DNA from: a virus | Reading direction: 5' to 3' (one strand) | DNA length: 63,208 nt | IMG/VR virus record: IMGVR_UViG_3300016457_001358 | Location: 1 to 63,208 of that record | Shown: positions 56,291 through 63,208 of the stretch, piece after piece | Position numbering within the stretch: the stretch's first letter is position 1 | Layout: each line of letters opens with the position of its first letter | Made by a program: the position numbers and the translations under genes | Notes under the pieces: generated by a model | Seen by the model: only the letters and a program-made list of their open reading frames with translations | What the model was told of the DNA's origin: nothing | Databases searched by the model: none

Positions 56291-56476
56291 ATGAATTTAG
56301 ATAAAATTGTCGAAATCTGTTTTCTCATAGGGTTTCTCAGTCTTCTGTTATTCGTTGTCGGGGGCATCGCTTTCGTTCCAGACGCTGACGGTCCTTTCAT
56401 TCTGCTTATTCATTTTTGTAACAGCAGTCGTTATAGTGCTGATGATTTTCATCACCGCTACGAATTGAGATGCTGA
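56291..56476 (+). CDS. small membrane protein, diverged paralogue of 9988..10164 (3' end in a different frame; possibly decayed)
   Basis: N-terminal MNLDKIVEICFLIGFLSLLLFVVGG nearly identical to first copy. Confidence 0.3.
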   Translation: MNLDKIVEICFLIGFLSLLLFVVGGIAFVPDADGPFILLIHFCNSSRYSADDFHHRYELRC

Positions 56477-56488
56477 AGGTGAAAAAAA

Positions 56489-56857
56489 ATGGAATGTAAA
56501 GCAAAATTCGATTCAAAAGAAATAAAGAACCAATTGGTGCTGGCTGCTGGAACATATAACGGAGAGCTATATTTTCCACCCGAAACAATCAAAAAAACAG
56601 TTTCACTTACAAAACGAATACCCGTTTATTTGAATTCCACACAAGACAACAAACATTTAGTAGGTGCGGCAACAAATTTCAGATTAAAAAATAACAAAAT
56701 GTATTGTGATGTAAAAATTGAACCTGAATATTTTGAATCATTTGCCTTAGATTTAAAAAACGGAGAATCTAACGGCGCAACAATAAAAAGGATTGAAATT
56801 GCAGGTTTAAGCATAATACCGAACAAAAAAGTAATTAAGAAAGAGCGAGCGAAATGA
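56489..56857 (+). CDS. hypothetical protein
   Basis: 122 aa ORF. Confidence 0.4.
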   Translation: MECKAKFDSKEIKNQLVLAAGTYNGELYFPPETIKKTVSLTKRIPVYLNSTQDNKHLVGAATNFRLKNNKMYCDVKIEPEYFESFALDLKNGESNGATIKRIEIAGLSIIPNKKVIKKERAK

Positions 56858-56925
56858 TGAAAGAAAGAAACGCTTATACAGGAAGTTCGTTTGCCGTTTT
56901 TGGTTCATGATGTGGTGAGAAAAAA

Positions 56926-57108
56926 ATGGTTAAATCAACCCAAAGACATTTCAGACTTGAACCGGGAGAGTATATAATAACACCAGACCATCCGGACGCA
57001 CGAGATTACAAAGTGCTGTTCAAAGGAAAAGATGTGGGTAGGACCACAACCGCAATTGTCAGAATAAATATTGAAGCATTAAAAAAGCGACAAAAAAGTA
57101 AAAATTGA
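56926..57108 (+). CDS. hypothetical protein
   Basis: 60 aa ORF. Confidence 0.3.
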   Translation: MVKSTQRHFRLEPGEYIITPDHPDARDYKVLFKGKDVGRTTTAIVRINIEALKKRQKSKN

Positions 57109-57120
57109 CGCTCGATTGAA

Positions 57121-57477
57121 ATGAGGAAAATAAACAAGAACAGAAAGGGGCTGTATGCCGAGAACCAGGTCAGGGAGCATCTGGAGGCGCGGGGATATCT
57201 GGTATGGAAGCCCAGCAGGAGCAGGTTCAACTCCAACGACATCTTCGGGCTCTTCGACATGCTCGCCGTGCATCCGGCCAGAAAAACACTCTGGATACAG
57301 GTAAAGCACAAGAGTTCATACTCCTCCAAAGTCAAGGAAAGTATCCAGAGATTCGCGGACGAATACATGTCGCCGTATGATATCGCGGAAATATGGGTGA
57401 AGAACCGTCCCAAGACATTCATCGTCCGCAGATACTATCCCCATACCGTATGGGAAAGCATGCTGATAGCGGTCTGA
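57121..57477 (+). CDS. PD-(D/E)xK-fold nuclease, Holliday-junction-resolvase (Hjc)-like
   Basis: KGLYAENQVREHLEARGYLV ... DIFGLFDMLAV ... LWIQVKHKS (E / D / Q-x-K layout). Confidence 0.5.
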   Translation: MRKINKNRKGLYAENQVREHLEARGYLVWKPSRSRFNSNDIFGLFDMLAVHPARKTLWIQVKHKSSYSSKVKESIQRFADEYMSPYDIAEIWVKNRPKTFIVRRYYPHTVWESMLIAV

Positions 57478-57659
57478 AGAGGTGAATAAAAAATGACCAG
57501 GAAGAAAAAAATTAAAGTAGAAGATGCTCCAACAATGAAGCCCGGAAGTATCCGCGATGGTGGAAGAGTCTTTGCTGTTTTGTGTATCATACTATGGGGT
57601 TTCATTTTGTGCGGCTTGATCATGCTTGTGACAAAATAAGAATCGAGAGGTGAGATTGT

Positions 57660-57887
57660 ATGAAACAACTCAAAAAAATCGTAACCAAACCGGTGAGATA
57701 TTGCGAAAAACACAAAATCCACTATAAAAAGGGGGAAGAATGTCCGAAATGCAAAGAGGAACGAGAAGCAACCAAGACAACCATTGTACTGGGTCCGGAT
57801 GTTATGAAGAAATTGCTTGCCATTATGAAGAGAAAGGGATTCAAAACAAAAGAAGAAGCGATCAAAGAGACCATTATGAGATACTGA
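57660..57887 (+). CDS. zinc-ribbon protein
   Basis: CEKHKIHYKKGEECPKCKEE. Confidence 0.35.
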   Translation: MKQLKKIVTKPVRYCEKHKIHYKKGEECPKCKEEREATKTTIVLGPDVMKKLLAIMKRKGFKTKEEAIKETIMRY

Positions 57888-57992
57888 TGCGGTACAAATC
57901 ATCATAACCCCCCCCCCAAGTCAAAAGTTTGAGTTGCGGCTTTCATAGGTTGGCAATCCAACCAACACTTTACATTTGGATTACAGCATTCT

Positions 57993-58241
57993 TTGGTGGT
58001 ACAGATGAAACCGGTAGATTGGAACGAAATGGACAAAAAAGAAAAAGAGGCGTTGGCGTTAAAGTTATTACATAGCGTAAGAGGCGAATATATAATAAGT
58101 CAAGCACTTGTGAAGGCAATCGAAGCGATGCAATCGGAAAAATATCCCGAAACAAGCAATATACAGGATATGGAAATGCTGCTCGAACTGTTTCCGATAT
58201 ATAAACTAGTTCAAGCAGCGAACAAAAAGCGATTGAAATGA
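57993..58241 (+). CDS. hypothetical protein
   Basis: 82 aa ORF. Confidence 0.35.
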   Translation: MVVQMKPVDWNEMDKKEKEALALKLLHSVRGEYIISQALVKAIEAMQSEKYPETSNIQDMEMLLELFPIYKLVQAANKKRLK

Positions 58242-58339
58242 AATGCCCTGTTTGCGGATCTACCAGAATCAAAGGAAATAAAAACAAATGGAAGTGCATG
58301 AGATGCGGTTTCAAACACATAGGAATCAAATCATTGTGA
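58238..58339 (+). CDS. zinc-ribbon protein
   Basis: MKCPVCG...CMRCG. Confidence 0.3.
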   Translation: MKCPVCGSTRIKGNKNKWKCMRCGFKHIGIKSL

Positions 58340-58351
58340 GGGGAGAAGATT

Positions 58352-58498
58352 ATGCCGCGATTAACAAAAAGGCAGAAAGTGATTCCGCAAGAACATGGCT
58401 ATTACAAATGTCCGTACTGTAACCATATCTGGAAAAGCAAGCTGAAAAGCAGGAAACCCAAAGAGTGCCCGTTTTGCCGCAAATATTTTATACCGTGA
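58352..58498 (+). CDS. zinc-ribbon protein
   Basis: CPYC...CPFC. Confidence 0.3.
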   Translation: MPRLTKRQKVIPQEHGYYKCPYCNHIWKSKLKSRKPKECPFCRKYFIP

Positions 58499-58501
58499 TG
58501 T

Positions 58502-59074
58502 GTGATGATCAAGGCGCAAATAGATGGCAAATCATTGGGCAATCCCGGACGAGCATACTGGATAGCATTATTTGACCGAAAACTGGGAGAGTCCAACAGA
58601 TATTACGGCGAAGGCGACGACCTCACCAACAACGAGGCGGAGTATAACGGTTTGATATTGGCTTTGGAAAAAGCGCCCGAAAACTGCGAGCTCGAAATCG
58701 AAACCGACAGCAAATTGCTGGTCGGCCAGATGACGCAAAACTGGAGAATAAACTACCCCCATCTGTACGAGCTCAATCAAAGAGCGAACGATCTGATCAG
58801 ACGCAAGTGCATCAAATTGAATCTCAAATGGATTCCGCGCGAGAAAAATATATCGGATTTGGTGCTTAACAGGCACCTTCGAAAGACGGGGATACTGGAA
58901 ATAAGGTGCCCGCTGTGCGGAGGAAATGGTTATTTCAAACAGGAAAAGTGGTTGACGGATTTCAAATGTTTCCTTTCGAAAAGGGAACGCGACATAGCAT
59001 CTTCCGAAGATTATAAAGATCTCAGAGGCATTTTTGTCAAAATCTTCGGAAGAGAGCCAAAAAAAGGTGGTTGA
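58502..59074 (+). CDS. ribonuclease HI-like protein with C-terminal zinc ribbon
   Basis: IDGKSLGNPG, NNEAEYNGLILAL, ETDSKLLVGQ, WIPREKNISDLVLNRH; C-terminal CPLCGG. Confidence 0.7.
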   Translation: MMIKAQIDGKSLGNPGRAYWIALFDRKLGESNRYYGEGDDLTNNEAEYNGLILALEKAPENCELEIETDSKLLVGQMTQNWRINYPHLYELNQRANDLIRRKCIKLNLKWIPREKNISDLVLNRHLRKTGILEIRCPLCGGNGYFKQEKWLTDFKCFLSKRERDIASSEDYKDLRGIFVKIFGREPKKGG

Positions 59075-59075
59075 T

Positions 59076-59273
59076 ATGAACGTAAACGCGATGCTGGACA
59101 AAATGCTTTGGCTGTGTGAGGTATTGGCTTTGGATTTGAAAATGATGGTGGAGCTGAAGCAATTGAACGACGCGAGAGTGGATGAAATACTGGCAAAGTA
59201 TGCGGAAAAGCAGGAGGCACTAAACTCTTCGTTTGGCTTTGATTTGAATAAATTGGTTCGCGATTCGAGGTGA
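59076..59273 (+). CDS. hypothetical protein
   Basis: ATG preceded by aaggtggttga in frame 59034..59273. Confidence 0.3.
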   Translation: MNVNAMLDKMLWLCEVLALDLKMMVELKQLNDARVDEILAKYAEKQEALNSSFGFDLNKLVRDSR

Positions 59274-59506
59274 TCGCGGTGCCTTATCGAAGGGAATGGT
59301 CGAACAACGAGCAAAAAATATTGGATGCGCTACGCGGGGATGCGTATGGAAAAACATTCACGGAAATTGCTTCAAAAACGAATATTAAAACAATTGCTTT
59401 GAAATATGCACTCGAATTGCTGATCAAACAAGGCAAAGTGGAATGTCGCATGATTTCCGCAACAATCAAATTATACAGAATAAAGCAGAAACAGCGCCCG
59501 CGCTAA
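59270..59506 (+). CDS. winged-helix DNA-binding protein
   Basis: GKTFTEIASKTNIKTIALKYALELLIKQGKVE. Confidence 0.4.
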   Translation: MIAVPYRREWSNNEQKILDALRGDAYGKTFTEIASKTNIKTIALKYALELLIKQGKVECRMISATIKLYRIKQKQRPR

Positions 59507-60195
59507 AAGGTTTCTCTGAGTATCTCGACCTCCCCTTCCTTTTCCTTTTCTTCGATGAGCTTTTGGAACGCTTCAGTTTTTGGTTTGATAAACATAAATC
59601 CGTATCTTTTTTCCATATCGCTGACTATTTTAATCGCGTTCATGTTGATCTGCAGCACCTTTTGCTCTTTGATTTCGGCCGGTTGTTGGTCCCTGAACAA
59701 CAATCTTGAATAGAATTCCATATTTTTCAGCATCGTATTGTTGAAAGATTCCAGAATGGCAACGCTTTTTTCAAGGGACCCTTTTATTGCGTCTATGTCT
59801 CTGATGTCTATTTTGTTTTTGTCGAGTCTTTGATAGTAGTTCAAAGTGTCGTTTTCAAGCACCTCTATCCATTTGAATACCTTGTCTTTGTAAGCGTTCA
59901 GCCTTTTGTTTATTTCCCGGAGGCTGTCATGCAGTATCATTATTTCGTTTTTCATTTTTTCAACTATCATCTTTGTCGTTTGGTCTTTGTCCACCAGCAA
60001 ATCCTTGTTATCGAAACTCATATTGTATTTTGCTATTTCGTTCTTGATCACATTGTTGATCGTTGCATAATTGGCTTTGATGCCAAACTCCTTGCTGATC
60101 GTTTCGGCAATTTTGCTGATCGGATACTGCTGAATCTTAAGTTGCAGCATTCTTTTTACCACTTCGGGTTGTCTCAATTCAAAATTTACAGCCAT
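59503..60195 (-). CDS. hypothetical protein
   Basis: 230 aa ORF convergent with + block. Confidence 0.4.
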   Translation of the reverse strand: MAVNFELRQPEVVKRMLQLKIQQYPISKIAETISKEFGIKANYATINNVIKNEIAKYNMSFDNKDLLVDKDQTTKMIVEKMKNEIMILHDSLREINKRLNAYKDKVFKWIEVLENDTLNYYQRLDKNKIDIRDIDAIKGSLEKSVAILESFNNTMLKNMEFYSRLLFRDQQPAEIKEQKVLQINMNAIKIVSDMEKRYGFMFIKPKTEAFQKLIEEKEKEGEVEILRETF

Positions 60196-60356
60196 ATGCC
60201 ATCATCTTCGTAAATCTTTTTCAAACCGAGTTTGGCATCGATCTCTTCCAGCTCGGTTCTTATTTTTCTAACTTCGCTGAGTTTGCTTTTCAAGGATTTA
60301 TCCAAATAGGCTCGTCTCGCAATGAGATGAGATGTTTCATCGTTTTGCATCCATAA

Positions 60357-60767
60357 TCACCCCACTATCTCGAATATTTCGCCTTTTTTTGAATGAGGCT
60401 TTATCAGTCCGCTCTTGATGAACTCTTTGAACCATTTCTTAACGGTTCTCTTGTCGTTGCCCCTAACGCTTTCTATGGCTTTTTTAATGTGGAAGGAGTG
60501 CGACTGCATCTCTATGCCGTATTCGCTCTTAAGGTATTCCTTCACAGATCTGAACACCATGTTGACTTTGAGGTTGGGATTTCTCTTAAAAACATGCTCG
60601 CTTTGTGCATGTTGTGCTATCCAGCTCTTGATGGCCGATTCGACCTCGAAGGACAGAAAAGAGTGCTTATTGCCGTATTTTTTAGTTACTAAATCCGTCA
60701 ATCGTCGATAAGTTTCGTCTTCGAGGCGGAAATGTCTGACTTTCCTTGCCATGAGGAGCTTCACCAT
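60357..60767 (-). CDS. ribbon-helix-helix-like regulator
   Basis: N-terminal KVRHFRLEDETYRRLTDLV; start abuts iteron region. Confidence 0.4.
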   Translation of the reverse strand: MVKLLMARKVRHFRLEDETYRRLTDLVTKKYGNKHSFLSFEVESAIKSWIAQHAQSEHVFKRNPNLKVNMVFRSVKEYLKSEYGIEMQSHSFHIKKAIESVRGNDKRTVKKWFKEFIKSGLIKPHSKKGEIFEIVG

Positions 60768-60785
60768 GCAAAAGACATTAGCATC

Positions 60786-60818
60786 TGTGTATCAAATGTG
60801 TATCAATCGTGTATCAAG
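60786..60818. repeat. three direct GTGTATCAA repeats at 10-11 nt spacing (iteron/operator-like)
   Basis: tgtgtatcaa atgtgtatcaa tcgtgtatcaag. Confidence 0.7.
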
Positions 60819-60866
60819 TTTTGCATATATACATATTTATTGTAAAAATATTTAAATTTATCTTCA

Positions 60867-60893
60867 TCTACTCCAACATTTAATTGGAGTAGA
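60867..60893. promoter_or_regulatory. perfect 10-nt inverted repeat with 7-nt spacer
   Basis: tctactccaa-catttaa-ttggagtaga. Confidence 0.7.
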
Positions 60894-60932
60894 GAGGCAT
60901 TTTTTAATAGCAACGTGTGTCAATCCTCGCCG

Positions 60933-60950
60933 CGCACAAAGTGCACAAAG
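60933..60950. repeat. tandem direct repeat gcacaaagt x2
   Basis: gcacaaagtgcacaaagt followed by BRE/TATA-like gaaaactatttaaat. Confidence 0.6.
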
Positions 60951-61011
60951 TCGACACGAATTTGACGGAAAACTATTTAAATACCAAAAACAATATATAT
61001 ATTTGATAGAA

Positions 61012-61182
61012 ATGACTGTTACGAAATCGAAAAAAGGCAGATGGATAGTGCTTGTGAGCGATGCGTCGTCCGCGTCAGCCGTTGCACAGGATTTGGCCGA
61101 CGCATTGAACGATGAAGATGTGCCTCTTTCGCAATTTGTTTTGTTCGATGTCACAAACAAGATCGCGGTTTTTAAAAGATAG
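61012..61182 (+). CDS. hypothetical small protein
   Basis: 56 aa hand-delimited ORF; gaaaactatttaaat upstream (also at ~6047). Confidence 0.3.
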   Translation: MTVTKSKKGRWIVLVSDASSASAVAQDLADALNDEDVPLSQFVLFDVTNKIAVFKR

Positions 61183-61191
61183 GTAGTTTGA

Positions 61192-61608
61192 ATGGCACTC
61201 ACTCGCTTTGTCGTGGACATGAGGACATATCAAATAGACGAGTCGTTGTCGTCAACCCCCGAAACATTCAGGGAAACCCAGATAAAGCACAAAATCTCAT
61301 CCTTGTCGGACGGCTCCCACACGGAAACAATCACATTGTCAAAGGGAACATACCGTGCGGTAACCGAGGTGGGAGTGTCGGTTGGCTCGAACGGAAATGA
61401 GTGGGGCAGCGACGGATACATCGAAATCCACAGAACGGACGACACGCCAGACAGCTCTTCCAAAATTGCGGAGGGCTACCTGAATGTTTCGAGCGTTGTC
61501 CTGATAGACGAGATTCTGTTCTCCAAAAAGAAATTGAAGATAGTCATAGACCACAATGCGGGGACGGCGAAGGACGTGCATTTGAACATCAGATACAAAT
61601 ATTTTTAA
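61192..61608 (+). CDS. hypothetical protein
   Basis: 138 aa ORF. Confidence 0.4.
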   Translation: MALTRFVVDMRTYQIDESLSSTPETFRETQIKHKISSLSDGSHTETITLSKGTYRAVTEVGVSVGSNGNEWGSDGYIEIHRTDDTPDSSSKIAEGYLNVSSVVLIDEILFSKKKLKIVIDHNAGTAKDVHLNIRYKYF

Positions 61609-61623
61609 TCTGCGTGAGACGCA

Positions 61624-63078
61624 ATGAAGGTCTTCTTGGAGGCAACGGCGTTCGTTTTGATATTGCTTGCATGCTGTGTTGTTTTTGCCGATGCCGTGTC
61701 CCAGCACAGCGGAGAGCACTTTAACATGAACCTGACAATATCCACGAGGCCGCCCCTCACGGCTCCGGCGAACTTCACCCACACGAACAAGAACGCCTCG
61801 ACGAACTTCACGTGGAACGCGTCGAGCCACCACATCAGCGATGCCGGTTTCTACGGATACTTCAAACTGCAATTGGACAACGACACCGACTTCAGCTCCC
61901 CGGTATTTAACATAACCATTAATGGGACGGATTCTTGCTCGAACGGCGTCTGTAACTACACATACGAGCCAGAGTTGCCAGACAGCTGGTATTACTGGAG
62001 AGTCGCCCATCTCGAGAGATACAACTGCAGCGACGTGAACTGCTCCCGCGTGGCGGACTACAGAGGGGAGCCGGAGTTCGTGGAGGGAGACTTCAGCTAC
62101 TGGGGGACGGGGGTGAACAACGATACCGACTGGTCGACGCGGACGCTGGTAATCGACACGGTGAACCCCATACCATACTGCTATCTGCCGTCCTACATGC
62201 ACCCGCACACGTGCGACGAGAACATAACGGAATTCGACAGGAGATGGTATCTGAACCTCTCGTGCAACGATTACAATCTGTATGGAATGTTCGTGAACAT
62301 AACGAGTTCTAACGGAACGCAGAAGTTCACCTACTCGAAGGAGGGCATCTCCGGGAACGAGTACAACTACGTACACGGCGTCAACACGGGAAAGTGGCCG
62401 GAGGGCGAGTATTTCCTGAAACTGGTCTGCAGCGACGACCACACGGCGATGAAAATCGCGGACATACCCTACAGGACGTGGGGAAACAAGGTCATATTCA
62501 ACATAACGCCGAAGCACGGAAAAAGAGACGTCTCATTCTCGATAACGCCGATGCTCCCCGTGAGCAAGGAGGACGTGACGGTGAGCAGGAACATATATCC
62601 GAACATCGTGAAGAAAAAATACAAGTATGAGATAGGATACAACTTCAGCGAGGTCGTCGACCCGAAAGAAAAACTGCACGAGTATAAATTCATCATCCTG
62701 TCGGACTACAAAATCCGCTACAGGGAAAAGTCGAAATACAAAGGGCACTTCGTCATCGGCAGGCATTGCTACGACGAGGGCTCGAACTGCAAGTGGCTGG
62801 ACTTCCACAAGGAGGCGGAAGGCGGAGCCATGATAAAGGTTCAGAAGCTCGACAAAAAGTCGGGATACGCATACGAAGTGACCCTAATCACGAACAGGAC
62901 ATACATAGACCCCGAAATCGGCGGTTTGAACTACGCGACAAAATACTGGAAGGTGAGAATCAAGCACAAGCAAACGCCCCTCGGCTCGAAAAAACTGCTT
63001 GTTCTGGCGGGAGCGATTACAACCGGGATAGGGGTTTATGCTTATTACAGGCGAAGGAGGAGACGCAGGCGGCGATGA
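61624..63078 (+). CDS. membrane-anchored, sequon-rich glycoprotein with poly-Arg tail
   Basis: Signal peptide MKVFLEATAFVLILLACCVVFADA; at least 14 N-x-S/T sequons; C-terminal TM helix then RRRRRRRRR. Confidence 0.55.
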   Translation: MKVFLEATAFVLILLACCVVFADAVSQHSGEHFNMNLTISTRPPLTAPANFTHTNKNASTNFTWNASSHHISDAGFYGYFKLQLDNDTDFSSPVFNITINGTDSCSNGVCNYTYEPELPDSWYYWRVAHLERYNCSDVNCSRVADYRGEPEFVEGDFSYWGTGVNNDTDWSTRTLVIDTVNPIPYCYLPSYMHPHTCDENITEFDRRWYLNLSCNDYNLYGMFVNITSSNGTQKFTYSKEGISGNEYNYVHGVNTGKWPEGEYFLKLVCSDDHTAMKIADIPYRTWGNKVIFNITPKHGKRDVSFSITPMLPVSKEDVTVSRNIYPNIVKKKYKYEIGYNFSEVVDPKEKLHEYKFIILSDYKIRYREKSKYKGHFVIGRHCYDEGSNCKWLDFHKEAEGGAMIKVQKLDKKSGYAYEVTLITNRTYIDPEIGGLNYATKYWKVRIKHKQTPLGSKKLLVLAGAITTGIGVYAYYRRRRRRRRR

Positions 63079-63081
63079 AGC

Positions 63082-63208
63082 ATGAAAAAACTGAAACCTT
63101 TCGGCGAAATCGAAATCAAGAGGATAACTGTTCCAGACGATTTATTAAGACAGGACTTGGGAGACATAAACTCGCTGGTGGAATCCATAAAACGGTGCGG
63201 CCTCGACA
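63082..63208 (+). CDS. 5' portion of the ParB-like gene (continues at position 1)
   Basis: ATG at 63082 followed by MKKLKPFGEIEIKRITVPDDLLRQDLGDINSLVESIKRCGLD in frame with 40..936. Confidence 0.6.
   Translation, partial: MKKLKPFGEIEIKRITVPDDLLRQDLGDINSLVESIKRCGLD
63118..63208. repeat. terminal redundancy: identical to 1..91 (circular closure)
   Basis: 91/91 nt identity with the window start. Confidence 0.9.

Noticed and set aside
61339-62517. 392 aa - strand ORF opposite the glycoprotein gene
   Set aside because: Arg/Val/His-rich antisense shadow; the + strand frame has a signal peptide, sequons and a TM anchor.
1-63208. Integrase or attachment site marking an integrated prophage
   Set aside because: No recombinase motifs were seen in any ORF, and the ends of the window are identical, consistent with a circular unit rather than host flanks.

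Overview
The window is a complete ~63.1 kb circular replicon, most likely an archaeal head-tailed virus or plasmid-like provirus: the last 91 nt (63118..63208) are identical to the first 91 nt, and a ParB-like gene reads continuously across that junction. All calls rest on reading the six-frame translations and the nucleotide text by eye; no search or folding was run, and boundaries of small ORFs I delimited by hand may be off by a few nt. Layout: (i) a + strand block (1..10888) with ParB, a beta-class DNA methyltransferase, a metallophosphoesterase, a Ro60-like TROVE/vWA protein, many small zinc-ribbon/RHH/wHTH proteins and an S26-type signal peptidase; (ii) a - strand morphogenesis block (10889..35429) with terminase large subunit, putative portal, a ~1600 aa multi-domain 'polyvalent' protein, scaffold, putative capsid, tape-measure-like and fibre proteins; (iii) an AT-rich island with tandem small-gene cassettes (35.9..38.6 kb); (iv) a + strand block (38.6..59.5 kb) with an RNA ligase, an amidoligase / class-II glutamine amidotransferase / ATP-grasp trio, PCNA, a ribosomal protein S27e homologue, RNase HII, RNase HI, an Hjc-like nuclease and a tRNA(CAU); (v) a regulatory region with iterons and palindromes (60.77..61.0 kb) followed by a sequon-rich membrane glycoprotein. 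An archaeal host is inferred from PCNA, eS27, Hjc-like nuclease, BRE/TATA-like promoter motifs and N-glycosylation sequon density. No integrase, DNA polymerase, primase or CRISPR array was recognised. The most unusual content is the three-enzyme ligase module, the giant MBL/Dam/ligase-like virion-module protein, and the Ro60-like protein next to repeated GC-rich structured non-coding elements.
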